The translations under genes were made by a program, and so were the position numbers. A stretch of 64,000 nt of DNA, from contig CAZIOI010000001.1 in the NCBI GenBank assembly GCA_964540855.1, forward strand, positions 7,081 to 71,080, given 5' to 3'. The DNA comes from an uncultured Candidatus Saccharibacteria bacterium. Lineage in GTDB: Bacteria > Patescibacteriota > UBA1384 > DTJR01. The notes under the pieces are model-generated. The model searched no databases, was not told the DNA's origin, and was given only the letters and a program-made list of their open reading frames with translations. Positions 28,409 through 40,168 of the stretch are shown here, piece by piece. Each line of letters opens with the position of its first letter. Positions within the stretch are counted from its first letter, which is position 1.

Positions 28409-28435
28409 TTGTCCTACTTAGAATAATACTTGTAA

Positions 28436-30439
28436 CTAGACAATAAATGAAATTATCAAAAGAGCGATGATATTCAATATTTTGATCATGGGATTAATTG
28501 CCGGACCTGCTGTGTCTTTGTATGGGTCGCCGACAGTGTCGCCTGTTACCGCTGCCTTATGGGCATCGCTTCCCTTGCCGCCGAAATTTCCTAGTTCAAT
28601 ATATTTCTTGGCGTTATCCCAAGCGGCGCCACCGGATGTCATAGAAATCGCTACAAAAAGCCCTGTCACAATCGATCCGACCAAAACACCGCCCAAGGCT
28701 ACGGGTCCAAGAGTAAATCCGACTAAAACCGGTACGAGAACCGGCAAAAGTGCCGGAAAGATCATTTGTGTTATGGCCGCCCTGGTCACAATATCCACGG
28801 CGGACGAATAATCGGGCTTTGCCTTCCCCTCCATAATACCGGGGATCGACTTGAACTGTCTGCGGACTTCCTCAACAACGGATCCCGCAGTTTTTCCAAC
28901 TGATTCCATCGACAGCGCACCAAACCAATATGGCAAAAGACCGCCAATAAACAGACCGACTAGTACTTTCGGATCAGAGAGTGAAAATTGGATTTGTCCG
29001 CCAAGTCTTTCGATTTCTTGGGTGTACGAAGCAAATAAAACGATTGCGGCCAGTCCTGCTGAAGCAATAGCGTAACCCTTAGTCACCGCTTTGGTAGTGT
29101 TTCCAACAGCATCCAAGGGGTCAGTGACATTGCGAACTTTTTCCGGCAAGTTTGCCATTTCGGCAATTCCGCCAGCATTATCCGTGATTGGTCCATAAGC
29201 ATCTATCGCAACAATAATTCCGGTCATTGAAAGCATCGCAAACGCCGCAACGGCGACTCCATATAATCCGGCAAGTTCATACGAACCTAGCGTTCCGGCA
29301 GCAATTATCAAAACCGGCCAAACAGTAGCTTTCATCGATACCGCCAAACCCGTGATGATATTTGTTCCATGTCCGGTCGTAGATGCCTGAGCAATCTGTC
29401 TCACCGGACCGTAAGCGGTCGAAGTGAAATATTCGGTGATCAAAATCATCGCGCCGGTTACGACCAAGCCGATTAAGCCACTATAAAATAGCTTCATAGG
29501 TTCATAGTCTGCCATGATCCAATTTGTCGCGAAATAGAACCCAACAGCGGCAATGAGACCGGAGGCAATGAGTCCTTTGTACAGAGCCGCCATAATCTTC
29601 TCACCGCTAAGACGTACAAACAATGAGCCCAGAAGGGACGCTATAATAGATATTCCACCCAAAACTAGGGGGAAAATGATGGCGTTAATATTGCCACCAA
29701 AAACCAATTTACCCAAAAGCATGGTCGCAATCGCCGTCACGGCATAGGTCTCAAACAAGTCCGCCGCCATACCGGCGCAGTCACCAACGTTATCACCGAC
29801 ATTATCGGCGATAACGGCCGGATTCCTTGGGTCGTCTTCGGGAATTGAAGCTTCGACTTTGCCAACCAAATCTGCTCCCACGTCAGCCGCTTTGGTGAAT
29901 ATTCCACCGCCCAAGCGCGCAAAAACCGAGATCAGAGATCCGCCAAAACCCAGTCCGATCAGCGCATCAATCTCGTACCCCATCGCTTTTGATACAGCAT
30001 AAAAACCCGCTACACCAATCAGGCCGAGACCAACAACCAAGAAGCCTGTGACAGCACCACCTTTAAACGCCAGATCAAGAGCGCTCTTGAGACCACTCTT
30101 AGCTGCTTCGGCAACTCTAACATTCGCTCTAACAGAAATTGTCATACCTATGAAACCGGCGAGTGCCGACAAAATAGCGCCAACAATAAAACCGGCGGCC
30201 GTAATCCAGTTTATAAAGAATCCAAGAATTAACGCAACTGCAACAGCCACAATCGCAATCGTTTGGTATTGTCTTTTTAAATATGCGTTTGCGCCTTGTT
30301 GGATAGCATCTGCAATCTCCTGCATTTTTTTATTACCGGCAGGTTTCGCGAGTATCCACCTGACCAAAAGCAACCCCCAAACTATTGCCAAAACCGATGA
30401 TCCGATTGCAAAATAAACACCGATGCTTTCAATCCCCAT
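28436..30439 (-). CDS. hppA: Membrane-bound ion-translocating pyrophosphatase, K+-independent H+-type signature
   Basis: [58 protein letters not shown]. Confidence 0.96.
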   Translation of the reverse strand: MGIESIGVYFAIGSSVLAIVWGLLLVRWILAKPAGNKKMQEIADAIQQGANAYLKRQYQTIAIVAVAVALILGFFINWITAAGFIVGAILSALAGFIGMTISVRANVRVAEAAKSGLKSALDLAFKGGAVTGFLVVGLGLIGVAGFYAVSKAMGYEIDALIGLGFGGSLISVFARLGGGIFTKAADVGADLVGKVEASIPEDDPRNPAVIADNVGDNVGDCAGMAADLFETYAVTAIATMLLGKLVFGGNINAIIFPLVLGGISIIASLLGSLFVRLSGEKIMAALYKGLIASGLIAAVGFYFATNWIMADYEPMKLFYSGLIGLVVTGAMILITEYFTSTAYGPVRQIAQASTTGHGTNIITGLAVSMKATVWPVLIIAAGTLGSYELAGLYGVAVAAFAMLSMTGIIVAIDAYGPITDNAGGIAEMANLPEKVRNVTDPLDAVGNTTKAVTKGYAIASAGLAAIVLFASYTQEIERLGGQIQFSLSDPKVLVGLFIGGLLPYWFGALSMESVGKTAGSVVEEVRRQFKSIPGIMEGKAKPDYSSAVDIVTRAAITQMIFPALLPVLVPVLVGFTLGPVALGGVLVGSIVTGLFVAISMTSGGAAWDNAKKYIELGNFGGKGSDAHKAAVTGDTVGDPYKDTAGPAINPMIKILNIIALLIISFIV

Positions 30440-30511
30440 AAAACCTCCAAAAAATTATAAAGTGATTTGATATTTTGACAGTTTACGCCAAAAGACGAAC
30501 TGCCAAATTAC

Positions 30512-31654
30512 TTATTTATACAGAATTTCCCTGTAAACTTCAAGGGTCTTTTTTGCCGTTTGCTCCCACGTAAACCTTTTTGCGTTCTTCAAACCGTTAT
30601 CGGAAATTTTTTTACTCACATTCGCATCCGACAAGATAAGGGCTAACTTCTCACTCATGTCATGTGAATCTTCGGGATTAAAATAAACCGCACCATCGGC
30701 ATATATCTCCGGCATGCACGTTCGGTCACTTGAAGCGACCGGCGTGCCGCAAGCCTGTGCTTCCAGCCCGGGAAGCCCAAAACCCTCCGAAAGCGACGGA
30801 AAGCAAAAAACACCGGCTCCGGAATAAATTGCCGGTAAATCGTCATCGGAAACAAAGTCTGTAAACCTGACGCTTTTGGTCAGGTTTCTCTCTTTTATTA
30901 GATCGGGAAGCTGGGGATACTTGGGATCTTCGCGACCAACAAAAACCAGCTTGAGATCGGAAAATATTTTTTGTTTTTTTAAGATTTCAAAAGCTTCAAC
31001 CAACCTGGGCAAATTTTTATGCGATCGCCACTGACCAACAGACAAAATATAAGGTGAACTTATCTTATATTTTCTAAGTGCCGCTTCGATAGTGGCTTTT
31101 TGCGAACGGCTAAACCTCTCGTCGATTGCATTGTAAGTTGTAACTACCTTATCGGGGCGCAAATGAAATTCGTCTATGATTTCTTCTTTGACATAATCCG
31201 AGACTGTAAAAACCTTTTGCGATGAAACGGCGGCATGGTTAATAACATGCTTATAAATCTGTCTTTTAATAATCGATCTCCTTTCAGCGTATTGACCCAG
31301 AGTCAGATCGTGGATTGTTACCACAAATTTGCCACCATAAAACACAGGATGATTAAAATGAGGAAAGTGAACAAGATCCGGCGCGGCCTCTTTTATTTGT
31401 TTTAAAAGAACTGTTTGTTCTTTGAGACTATAATGCGAAGCGGTTGTCCTAACAATTTCCACTCCCCCCGGACGCTTCTCGATAGCAGAGAGAAAGTCTT
31501 CATCTAGCGGAGCGCCGTCAACGACTAGCAAGGCCAAGTCAAGTTCTTTATCTAGTTGGCATATCGATTTAAAAAGCTCGCACGAGTAACGACCAATCCC
31601 CGCATGTGACAGCGACAAGAAGCGACCATAAAACAAAACTTTTTTTCGTTTCAA
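30512..31654 (-). CDS. Glycosyltransferase family 4
   Basis: GIGRY, VVTIHDL, KNL.RL, EGFGLPGLEA; TTG start after GAAGGAG (track start 31678). Confidence 0.92.
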   Translation of the reverse strand: MKRKKVLFYGRFLSLSHAGIGRYSCELFKSICQLDKELDLALLVVDGAPLDEDFLSAIEKRPGGVEIVRTTASHYSLKEQTVLLKQIKEAAPDLVHFPHFNHPVFYGGKFVVTIHDLTLGQYAERRSIIKRQIYKHVINHAAVSSQKVFTVSDYVKEEIIDEFHLRPDKVVTTYNAIDERFSRSQKATIEAALRKYKISSPYILSVGQWRSHKNLPRLVEAFEILKKQKIFSDLKLVFVGREDPKYPQLPDLIKERNLTKSVRFTDFVSDDDLPAIYSGAGVFCFPSLSEGFGLPGLEAQACGTPVASSDRTCMPEIYADGAVYFNPEDSHDMSEKLALILSDANVSKKISDNGLKNAKRFTWEQTAKKTLEVYREILYK

Positions 31655-31674
31655 ACTATCTCCTTCGCAATTAA

Positions 31675-33123
31675 TCAATCTTTTAAAAGACTTTTTAACG
31701 TGCTCTTATCTATGACCTTGAGACAATACAGTCCCAAGATAAACATTATTATCCCAAATGGTATTGTCATAAAGATGCTAAATGATTTTGCAAAATAAAG
31801 CACAAAACTAACTATAATGGCAACTGAAAGGCCTTTAAAAAAGCTCACAAAATTGAGTTTGACTGGTAACTCTTTCCTCATAATCATATAACAAGCCACC
31901 AGAATTATTATTTCTGTCACGACTGTGTTCAAAGCTGCTGCAAGATAAGAAAATTTAGGAATCAAAATAAAATTCGCAGAAAGATTAAAGATTGTAGCAA
32001 GACAATATGGGAGAATTAAATTTTTCTGACGGCCGAAAATGACTACGGAGTTGGTAAAAAGAGCGTTTAAAAAAGAAAGACCCACAGCAAAAATCAAAAT
32101 TTGCAAAACAACATCGGCTGAAATTGCCGTTCCGGCAAAGTTTATCGTTGACGCGTTGAGATACTCATCGCCCGCAATGATATTCGTGATTGGTTTGGCT
32201 AAGGCTAGGGTTATCGAGACAACCGCAAAAGCGCCAATCGACAATAGATCAAAAGATTTTTGGAAAAGAGTTGTTATTTTCGAGTTGTCTTTTTGCTCAA
32301 AAGCAGATGTTAAAGCCGGAAAGACCGAACCAAAAAACATAAGCGGCGTTGCCATCAAAATTTCTAATATTTTATACGGCGTGCCATATATTCCAACATC
32401 TGTACTCGTTTTAAAAACGGATAGAATCAATGTGTCGGTCTTAAAATATATCAGCCCCAAGATGCTTATTATGCCTATCGGTAGAGCCTCTATCATAAAT
32501 TTTTTCGCAAATTGCCAGTCGAGACCAAATCTTGGTTTGACAAATTTTAGGCTGAAAATAAAACTGATCAGAAAATTCAAGAATGTTCCGAATATCGAGG
32601 CCGCCATGACATAAACAAGACCCAAATTCATCTTCACAGCCAGTATGATAAGACCCATCGCTACAATTCTGGCGGCAACTTCGCTGATTGAAGCCAAATC
32701 CATCTTTAGTTTAGATTGGAAAAGAGCTGTATAAACACTGGTTTGGCTTGACCAGAGAATTGATAGTGCACCTAGCATTACCACTGTCTTTAGCTGTGGC
32801 GAATATGGTAAGAATGCAAGTAAAATTAGAGATGATACAAAAACAACCGATGAAAATATCAGCCTAATAGACGTAACATTTTTGACAATCGTAGCTTCAT
32901 CTTGACCAGCCGTTATTCTTCTCACGATCACCCAGAAAAAACCAAAGTCCGAGATTGCGGAGAAAAATGTCATAAAAGCAAACGCGGTCGTATAATCGCC
33001 GTATCCTGCGACACCAAGATATCTGACGATAATAGCAACATTAGCCAAACCGATAATCACATTAATGAATTTTCCAACCATTTGGACTGAAAAATTGTAT
33101 GCAACTTTTCGTGTTAGGCTCAT
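31675..33123 (-). CDS. Wzx-type flippase
   Basis: Many TMs, RYLGVAGYG, DFG, DVGIYG. Confidence 0.88.
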   Translation of the reverse strand: MSLTRKVAYNFSVQMVGKFINVIIGLANVAIIVRYLGVAGYGDYTTAFAFMTFFSAISDFGFFWVIVRRITAGQDEATIVKNVTSIRLIFSSVVFVSSLILLAFLPYSPQLKTVVMLGALSILWSSQTSVYTALFQSKLKMDLASISEVAARIVAMGLIILAVKMNLGLVYVMAASIFGTFLNFLISFIFSLKFVKPRFGLDWQFAKKFMIEALPIGIISILGLIYFKTDTLILSVFKTSTDVGIYGTPYKILEILMATPLMFFGSVFPALTSAFEQKDNSKITTLFQKSFDLLSIGAFAVVSITLALAKPITNIIAGDEYLNASTINFAGTAISADVVLQILIFAVGLSFLNALFTNSVVIFGRQKNLILPYCLATIFNLSANFILIPKFSYLAAALNTVVTEIIILVACYMIMRKELPVKLNFVSFFKGLSVAIIVSFVLYFAKSFSIFMTIPFGIIMFILGLYCLKVIDKSTLKSLLKD

Positions 33124-33124
33124 A

Positions 33125-33568
33125 TTAGGTTTTAAACGTCCATCTTTTGTTGATAAAAAAATTCCAAAATGTTGCTACGGCCGTTGCGGCAGCAAGACCG
33201 AAGATGTCTCGCCAACCAAATTTTGCGGTCATCGCAAAAAATACCGTCTGATTAATAAGCATACCACCTAGCGAAACCAGTAAAAACTTAGTAGCCTCCC
33301 TCACAATATTCTTGTTTGACGATCTAAATGTCCATTTTCGGTTCAAGATATAGCCGGAGCTTGCTGAAACAATAAAGGATAGCGCCTTTGCAACTTGGCG
33401 AATCGTTTGGATATCCGGCAAACCTAGTTTCCCCAAAAGCAAAAATTTAAAAAGATAGAAAAATAACCAATCTACCAAAGTATTAAATGACCCGACAATT
33501 GCAAATTTAACAAACTGTCGGTGAGCTTTATTTTTAGGGACTAAGCTAAAGATAGTTTTTTTTTCCAC
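33125..33568 (-). CDS. GtrA-family protein
   Basis: QFVKFAIVG..NT.VD, NRKWTF, WNFFINKRWTF. Confidence 0.92.
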   Translation of the reverse strand: MEKKTIFSLVPKNKAHRQFVKFAIVGSFNTLVDWLFFYLFKFLLLGKLGLPDIQTIRQVAKALSFIVSASSGYILNRKWTFRSSNKNIVREATKFLLVSLGGMLINQTVFFAMTAKFGWRDIFGLAAATAVATFWNFFINKRWTFKT

Positions 33569-33683
33569 AAAATCACTCCTAGAGATATTGAAATATTTCT
33601 AAATTGCTGGGATAAAAAATTAGTCAGATACCCACATCAAAAAAATACATTTAATCCGCGACAGTGTAAAGGGACGCAACAAT

Positions 33684-35096
33684 ATGCAAGCTACAAACAA
33701 AAAAATTAAATCCAGTGATGCCTCGAAGCTCTTTTGGCAAGCTTTGACGACCTTTGTTAGCACATACTGGCCACATCTGCTGGTCTTCGGAATGATCTTG
33801 GTCTCCGCATTCCTGAGGTTTTACGGCCTAAGAGAAAATTTGCATTTTAACATTGATGAGACCCACCATCTAGAAACCATCACCAGCATTTACAAAAATA
33901 ATGTTTTTGTACTGAAGGGACCACCGGCCTCCGGTGGAACCGATCTTTATCACGGCGCTTATTATTACTACCTATATCTTTTGCCTACATGGCTCTCAGA
34001 CGGCAACCCCCTAGCTCTGGGCGTCTTTACATTATTGCTCAACACTCTTTCTTTGCCACTTTTGTTTATCGCAACAAAAAAGAGCTTCAACATACAAATA
34101 GCTCTTTGGACAACACTTTTTGCCGCCACCTCCTCAACCGTTATATATTACAGTCGTTGGGCATGGAATCCCAATCTGGTGCCATTTTTCTTTATACTGG
34201 CATTTTTTGCCCTGGCGCGTTTTGAAGCAAGAAGACCTTGGTGGTTGGCGCTTTTTGCTTTCTCGCTTTCCAGTATCTCCCAACTACACATTGGCGCCAT
34301 CTACTATATGCCCATATTTTTCTTGATGACTCCTTTGTTTTGGCGCGTCACAAAAAATATAAAAGTCTGGTGCGGATCAATCCTCGCTCTGATTATTCCT
34401 TGGTTACCGACTATTATCTACGAAGCAAGCCACGGCTGGTCCTTACCGCGTAGTTTTCTCAGGGCAGTAGGAATTACTCAATCTACGTCAGTAACATTTT
34501 TGATTCATGTCACCAATGGGTGGAAATTTTTCTCTCAACTATACTCGGCAATAATTCACTTGCCACAAATAATTTTAGTTATAAGCCTTCTGGCGTTGTT
34601 AGGCTATTTGATATTCAACGTTAAGTGGCGCAACAAACAAAAAAGGCTCATACCGATTTTTATTACAGTCAGTTTAATATTCTCCTTTTGCTCATGCGCG
34701 TATTATAATGGGACACTTTTCACACACTATGCGGAAGAATTTTTCATAATAATGCCACTGATTACGGCCCTCTTAATAACTACTTTAATGAAACAGAAAA
34801 TTTTTTATTTTGGCTCATTGACCATTGCGGTCGCCTTTACAATCGCAAATTGGTTCTATTTAAAAAAAGATATCATTGCCGGCGAACATATGTACGGTGC
34901 AACACACGAAATATGCCAAACTATACAAAGTAAAAAGTTGAATAATGTCAGCATTGTGCTTGACGGACAAAATAATCCCGAGCACACAAAATATATTTGT
35001 CAAAAATATTATTCTATCAGTTTTGGTGGCGACAATGAGATAGTAGCCAGTACAGACAAAAACGGTGGTATTGCCTACAATATCTCGGACGAATAA
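33684..35096 (+). CDS. GT-C (ArnT/PMT-2-like) membrane glycosyltransferase
   Basis: LRFY.L...F..DE, YYYL, SRWAWNPN, QLH; many TMs. Confidence 0.8.
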   Translation: MQATNKKIKSSDASKLFWQALTTFVSTYWPHLLVFGMILVSAFLRFYGLRENLHFNIDETHHLETITSIYKNNVFVLKGPPASGGTDLYHGAYYYYLYLLPTWLSDGNPLALGVFTLLLNTLSLPLLFIATKKSFNIQIALWTTLFAATSSTVIYYSRWAWNPNLVPFFFILAFFALARFEARRPWWLALFAFSLSSISQLHIGAIYYMPIFFLMTPLFWRVTKNIKVWCGSILALIIPWLPTIIYEASHGWSLPRSFLRAVGITQSTSVTFLIHVTNGWKFFSQLYSAIIHLPQIILVISLLALLGYLIFNVKWRNKQKRLIPIFITVSLIFSFCSCAYYNGTLFTHYAEEFFIIMPLITALLITTLMKQKIFYFGSLTIAVAFTIANWFYLKKDIIAGEHMYGATHEICQTIQSKKLNNVSIVLDGQNNPEHTKYICQKYYSISFGGDNEIVASTDKNGGIAYNISDE

Positions 35097-35825
35097 CTAT
35101 CTTTTACTGTGTCCACCTTGGCGAGATCTTCTATTTAAGGCTATCTTAAATATGACACTGATTGAACGAAATAACTCCCCGGAAATTTTCGATTCTCCGG
35201 CAACTCTGTCTATAAAAACGATGGGGATCTCCTTGAATACAAAACCCGCGTCCTGTGCAAGCAAAAGCATCTCAACTTGGAAAGCATATCCGGAAGAAAT
35301 AACCTTATTGAAATTTACCTGCTTTAAAAAATCCGCAGGGTAGCATTTATATCCGGCTGTCGCATCCTTTGCCTTTATAGACAATATGGATCTCACCGCC
35401 CAATTGGCACAATAGCTATTAAGATACCTGTTAAATGCCCAGCCTTCGATTCTTCCACCCTTAACGTATCTGGAGCCTATAGCCACTGTTTTGCGGTCAC
35501 ACGCTTCAATTAAGGCATCAAGCTTTTCAATAGGATGCGAAAAATCCGCATCCATTGAGATAATTTTTTCGTACCCATGTTCCAGCGCCCATTTAAAACC
35601 GGCCATATAGGCAGCACCAAGCCCCTCCTTCTCCTTCCGATGCATCGTAAAAACCCAATCATTTTTTTTTGAAAAACTTTCTGCAATTTCTCCGGTACCG
35701 TCCGGCGAATCATCATCAACAACAAGAACGTCGGCATTAATGGTGAGTTCGCCGATTCTATTTAATAATTTTGCGATGTTATCTTTTTCGTTGTATGTGG
35801 GGACAACTATAAGGCATTTACTCAT
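35097..35825 (-). CDS. Polyprenol-monophosphomannose synthase-like GT2
   Basis: VPTYNE, VVDDDSPDGT, MDADFSH, GYAFQVE, F.DR..GESK. Confidence 0.9.
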   Translation of the reverse strand: MSKCLIVVPTYNEKDNIAKLLNRIGELTINADVLVVDDDSPDGTGEIAESFSKKNDWVFTMHRKEKEGLGAAYMAGFKWALEHGYEKIISMDADFSHPIEKLDALIEACDRKTVAIGSRYVKGGRIEGWAFNRYLNSYCANWAVRSILSIKAKDATAGYKCYPADFLKQVNFNKVISSGYAFQVEMLLLAQDAGFVFKEIPIVFIDRVAGESKISGELFRSISVIFKIALNRRSRQGGHSKR

Positions 35826-35975
35826 ACGCAAAACATACAATAACAGACTATATTTGTAAATCTCCTGTATCCGTTGAATGCGTCAGATGACTTATTTTTA
35901 ATTTAAAAATTGAATAAATAGGATATAATTTTCTGAAGATCATTTTTAGCTTAGCGGATAATGGATTAAAAACTA

Positions 35976-37073
35976 ATGAATAAAATAAAACTGTTGTTTT
36001 GCTTGGCTTTGGCTTTTTGTATTGTAGCGGGGGCTGTGATCTATAAGAATTACTTGCAAAAACCAAATGCAGTAAACCGCGAATTTGTATGGGGCATCAG
36101 CGCACCAGTTTATCAGCCGAACGGCTATTCCGACCAGACAGCCGAAAAAGAGCTGCGGTTGCTGGATGAATTAGGTGTGAGCGCCGTGAGAGTTTTTCTC
36201 GAAAGATCGGTAAGGCTTAACCCCCTAACCTTTTCATTTGACGAAGTCGCAAACGACGGGTTTATCAAAAAGCTCAATCAGCACAACAAGGATGTACTAC
36301 TCATACTAGACGGTGATATTATTAATTCTATTGATATACCTAATTTTGACTACGAGTCCGCCGGATACAAACTCGGCTCCTACGCTGCAAAAAGATACAA
36401 AGGACAGGTGAAATATTATCAGCTTGCTAATGAATTAACCGGAACAATAGTAAAGCCCTCCGACCCAAATTTTAACGGGGCGACCTTTGACGGCGGATAT
36501 GGTTTGAAATATTCGATCGATCGATACAAAGCCACGTTAGGCTGGACAAAAGGAATTGCCAAAGGCATAAAGGACGGCGATCCGGATGCAAAAACCGTAG
36601 TGACGGGACACTGGATTTTGTACGATATAATTACAAAAGTAATGAAAGATGGTCTGGATTTTGATGTCCTAGGGTGGGCATGGTACAGCGCAGATGGCAG
36701 CAACATATCAACTAGAGAGATCGATGGTCGGGAGCCTATTGATTTAGCCAAGAAACTTGAGGAGCTGGGAAAGCCAGTCTGGATAATAGAATCCAATTAC
36801 GATCACGGCAGCTATACCAAGCTCACCAACGACGGCTCGAATGAAAACGAACAAGCTGATTATATTTATAAAACCGCAAAAGATATTTATGACAACGGTC
36901 TTCTTAAGGGGTATTTTGTTTACACTCTATTTGACGATCTTGGCAACAAAGACATTATGAGCCGTTATTGGGGAATATGCGGGTACAAAGTTAATGACGA
37001 CGGAACATACGAACCGGTTAAGAAAGCTGCTTTCGACAAATACAAAGAAGTAATTAACCAAACGAACAACTAG
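35976..37073 (+). CDS. Membrane-anchored clan GH-A-like glycoside hydrolase
   Basis: N-terminal TM; LGVSAVR, YYQLANE (acid/base), KPVWIIE (nucleophile), FVYTLFD. Confidence 0.7.
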   Translation: MNKIKLLFCLALAFCIVAGAVIYKNYLQKPNAVNREFVWGISAPVYQPNGYSDQTAEKELRLLDELGVSAVRVFLERSVRLNPLTFSFDEVANDGFIKKLNQHNKDVLLILDGDIINSIDIPNFDYESAGYKLGSYAAKRYKGQVKYYQLANELTGTIVKPSDPNFNGATFDGGYGLKYSIDRYKATLGWTKGIAKGIKDGDPDAKTVVTGHWILYDIITKVMKDGLDFDVLGWAWYSADGSNISTREIDGREPIDLAKKLEELGKPVWIIESNYDHGSYTKLTNDGSNENEQADYIYKTAKDIYDNGLLKGYFVYTLFDDLGNKDIMSRYWGICGYKVNDDGTYEPVKKAAFDKYKEVINQTNN

Positions 37074-40000
37074 CGATTTTTTTCGATTTCAATATAATCG
37101 AGTTCTACGATGGCCCCACCGGTGGCGTTTACTCTAAATTCAAAATCATCACCGTGCTCCGAAAGGGAAAAATTCAGTTGTTTTGTAATATAAGTATTTC
37201 TCTGTAAATCTGAGGGCGAGAATTTTTCTCCGGCGTGTATTTTTGCCCCCTTTTGACTCGCCACGTCCAAGTTAACCCCACCGTTGCCAGATACAACCTT
37301 AAATGCAAACTGGGTCGTATAGTCACCCGCTTCCAGAGACATGTAAGGACCGCCATTGACAAAAACGTCACCATCTCTTTTTTTGTTGACTAACACCTTG
37401 GCGTTACTTGCCGAACGATCATCGAGAACTCTACTATACTCACCTGAAAAAGATTCTCCCTCTATCCTGTTACTCGTCTTAGGAGAAATTTTGAATGAAC
37501 ATAGGTCAAAGTAACTATTACGAGCAAAAACGTAATATGAATTATCTTTTGAAAGTGCGCTTACCTTCTCTTTTAAACTGGTTAAATCAATATTTTTTTC
37601 GCACTTTTGCTCTTCTGCCGTAAGCGACTGATCAGCATAAAATTTGTTTAACACATTGCTACTATTTGTGGAGGTACTTGACAAACCGATTGCAAGTCGA
37701 GGATTCTCTTCCCTCGTCTTCACAAAAAAGTCGCCGTTCGTGTCAGAAAGTGTCCACGAATCAAAATATCGCTCATCGGTTATATTGTTAACGAGGCATC
37801 TCATAAAATCATATCTACCAATATTATCTGTGCTAACTCTGCAAAAATTTGTCCCCTCTATCCCTATAGAGGCAGACCTAACCGGAAAGGAGTCGTTTTT
37901 TAAGCGACCAAAAACAAAATTGGACTGTTGGCTTAATTTATCTATTTTATTTAAGTCAAAAGCGCTAGCTTCGCTACTAACCGAATAAATCATATCTAGA
38001 TAATTATTATCCACCATACTCTCTGGCCGAACAGCGTAATTATCAAACACATCGCTCAGCATGCTTGAAAATTGATATATATCGCCCTTACTATCGGAGC
38101 GAATATCAAAATATGCACCATCATAGCGCCTATTGGGATAGCTAATGGCATCGCGCCCGAGAAACACTTTTTTTTCGGTCTTGAGAGTTTGGCTAATTTT
38201 TTCCATTACTAAGCCAGCACCGGACCCAACGTCACCGAAACTGATATATTCTCCGTCATACACATTCCAAGTTTTTACTGTAGCCGAACCGACATATAGC
38301 CCGCCCGGGGGAAGCTTTTTTTGGGCGTTAGCCACAGCCTCGTTAGCCGCAGGCAAAGTCTTATATTTAGCAACAGCTGGGACAGTGATAAAAAGCAACT
38401 GGACAAAAACCAAGAGTGCCAGAGCCACCTTCCATCTTTGCGATCTGATTCCAGCGATTAATATTGCCGTACTGGCTACAACAGAAACCGTACCAATCAT
38501 CAGCGCTCTTCCGTGTAAATTTTCATATACATAAGGTGCAACTATCACGGACGGAACAAACCAAAGCAACACAAATAAAAACTTCGAAAAAATTTTCTCT
38601 TTCAGCATTTTAACCATTCCTAAAAACGCCGTTATCAAAAGAAGCCAGCTAGTCAAGAAGCTCATCTTCGAGAAAACTTCCGGTAGACTAAGAGCTTTTT
38701 TATCGGAAACGTTTCCTAAAGCCAAATATTTTAGTGCCTCCCTTGCGGTTTTAAATGGGAGATCGTCTCTATAAGTTGCCGCATAGACTAAAAGTTTCAC
38801 ATATAAAAAAACAAACAAAAGACCGCCGAGGATAAAGAGTAATATTTTCATAACCAGCCTCAGCCTTTTTGTTTCTATCTTGCCCCTCCATCCAACCAAA
38901 AAGACCGGTATTAAAACAAAAAGCCACAGACCGACCTGAGTATGAGCAAAAGCAGATAGTCCGAGTGATAATCCGGCAGCAAGCGCCAATACCAAACCGC
39001 GCCAATCATTTTTGTTCAAGCATAGTGCGAAAAGATAAACACCGATAAAAAAGAATGCGTGCATTGTCGCATCTACCAAAATAGTCGTCTGCGAAATAAA
39101 CACAAACGGCAAAAATGCATACATAACGGTCGCATACCAAGCAATCTTGTGTCCAAAAAAATTTTTTATTAAAAGAAACACAAAAATGACACTAACCGTG
39201 CCCAAAATGACTGATGGTATCGCTGCAACCAATATATTATCTTTAAAACCCAGTTGATAAAGAATATTACAAAAAAATAAATACAGAGGATGAAATGGTG
39301 GATGACCTTGAGAAATAGCCCTTAGAACAGTTTCGCTCACTGTGCGCCACAAGTACTGATTCGAATCAAAAAAATCTGCTGATCGACTCATCAATAATAA
39401 GCGAGATAAAAGTAAAATCACTGATGAAATGGCAAACACAACAATACTTCTAGATTTGACAAGTCTCGTTTGTGTTAAATAAAAACCATAGAGTTCTTTA
39501 AACCCTCTGGCTATCACAGACAATTTTGAGCCTGTTGGGCTACCACAGGTACGTTTGAAATGTTTTACCGGTAACTCAGCAATTAACGCACCTGTTTCCT
39601 TAAAACTATATAGCAACTCTGCCGAGAATGCCGCGCCTTTCGAATTAACTTTTAAATTTTTAAGAGTACTTTTTTTCATTAATTTAAAAGCGCAATCAAT
39701 ATCTCTGAATTTCATTTCAAGCATCGTCCTGCATACTAACGACCAGCCGAAAGCATTTATCTTTCTCAACCATCCTTCGCTCCTATGTTTTCTGTAGCCG
39801 ATAACTACGTCATACCTATCAATCTTTTTTAGAAAATTATCTAATTCGTTGATGTCGAATTGGCGATCAGAGTCGGTAAAAAAGATAAGTTCATTTTTAG
39901 CGGCACGCAAACCATCATAAACCGCTGCGCCATACCCCATATTTTTTTCGTGGCATATAACAATTAGGTTTTTATGCAACTTTTTAAGTTTCGATAAGAT

Positions 40001-40168
40001 ATCGACTGTTTTGTCCGCGCTGCCGTCGTCAACGACTACAACCTCGCCGCTAATATTTCTTTTTTTTAGAAAATTAAAAGCACATCCGACTGCTTCTTCG
40101 ATATTCTCCTGCTCGTTGTAGGCGGGCAATACAATACTAAGTGATTTTTTATCGCCCTTCTGTAGCAT
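37070..40168 (-). CDS. Fused GT2 + GT-C membrane glycosyltransferase with extracellular C-terminal domain
   Basis: LPAYNE, DDGS.D, FTDSD, DIDCAFKL; then DS.QY, HPPFHPLY, multi-TM; C-terminal GPYMSLEAGDY. Confidence 0.8.
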   Translation of the reverse strand: MLQKGDKKSLSIVLPAYNEQENIEEAVGCAFNFLKKRNISGEVVVVDDGSADKTVDILSKLKKLHKNLIVICHEKNMGYGAAVYDGLRAAKNELIFFTDSDRQFDINELDNFLKKIDRYDVVIGYRKHRSEGWLRKINAFGWSLVCRTMLEMKFRDIDCAFKLMKKSTLKNLKVNSKGAAFSAELLYSFKETGALIAELPVKHFKRTCGSPTGSKLSVIARGFKELYGFYLTQTRLVKSRSIVVFAISSVILLLSRLLLMSRSADFFDSNQYLWRTVSETVLRAISQGHPPFHPLYLFFCNILYQLGFKDNILVAAIPSVILGTVSVIFVFLLIKNFFGHKIAWYATVMYAFLPFVFISQTTILVDATMHAFFFIGVYLFALCLNKNDWRGLVLALAAGLSLGLSAFAHTQVGLWLFVLIPVFLVGWRGKIETKRLRLVMKILLFILGGLLFVFLYVKLLVYAATYRDDLPFKTAREALKYLALGNVSDKKALSLPEVFSKMSFLTSWLLLITAFLGMVKMLKEKIFSKFLFVLLWFVPSVIVAPYVYENLHGRALMIGTVSVVASTAILIAGIRSQRWKVALALLVFVQLLFITVPAVAKYKTLPAANEAVANAQKKLPPGGLYVGSATVKTWNVYDGEYISFGDVGSGAGLVMEKISQTLKTEKKVFLGRDAISYPNRRYDGAYFDIRSDSKGDIYQFSSMLSDVFDNYAVRPESMVDNNYLDMIYSVSSEASAFDLNKIDKLSQQSNFVFGRLKNDSFPVRSASIGIEGTNFCRVSTDNIGRYDFMRCLVNNITDERYFDSWTLSDTNGDFFVKTREENPRLAIGLSSTSTNSSNVLNKFYADQSLTAEEQKCEKNIDLTSLKEKVSALSKDNSYYVFARNSYFDLCSFKISPKTSNRIEGESFSGEYSRVLDDRSASNAKVLVNKKRDGDVFVNGGPYMSLEAGDYTTQFAFKVVSGNGGVNLDVASQKGAKIHAGEKFSPSDLQRNTYITKQLNFSLSEHGDDFEFRVNATGGAIVELDYIEIEKNR

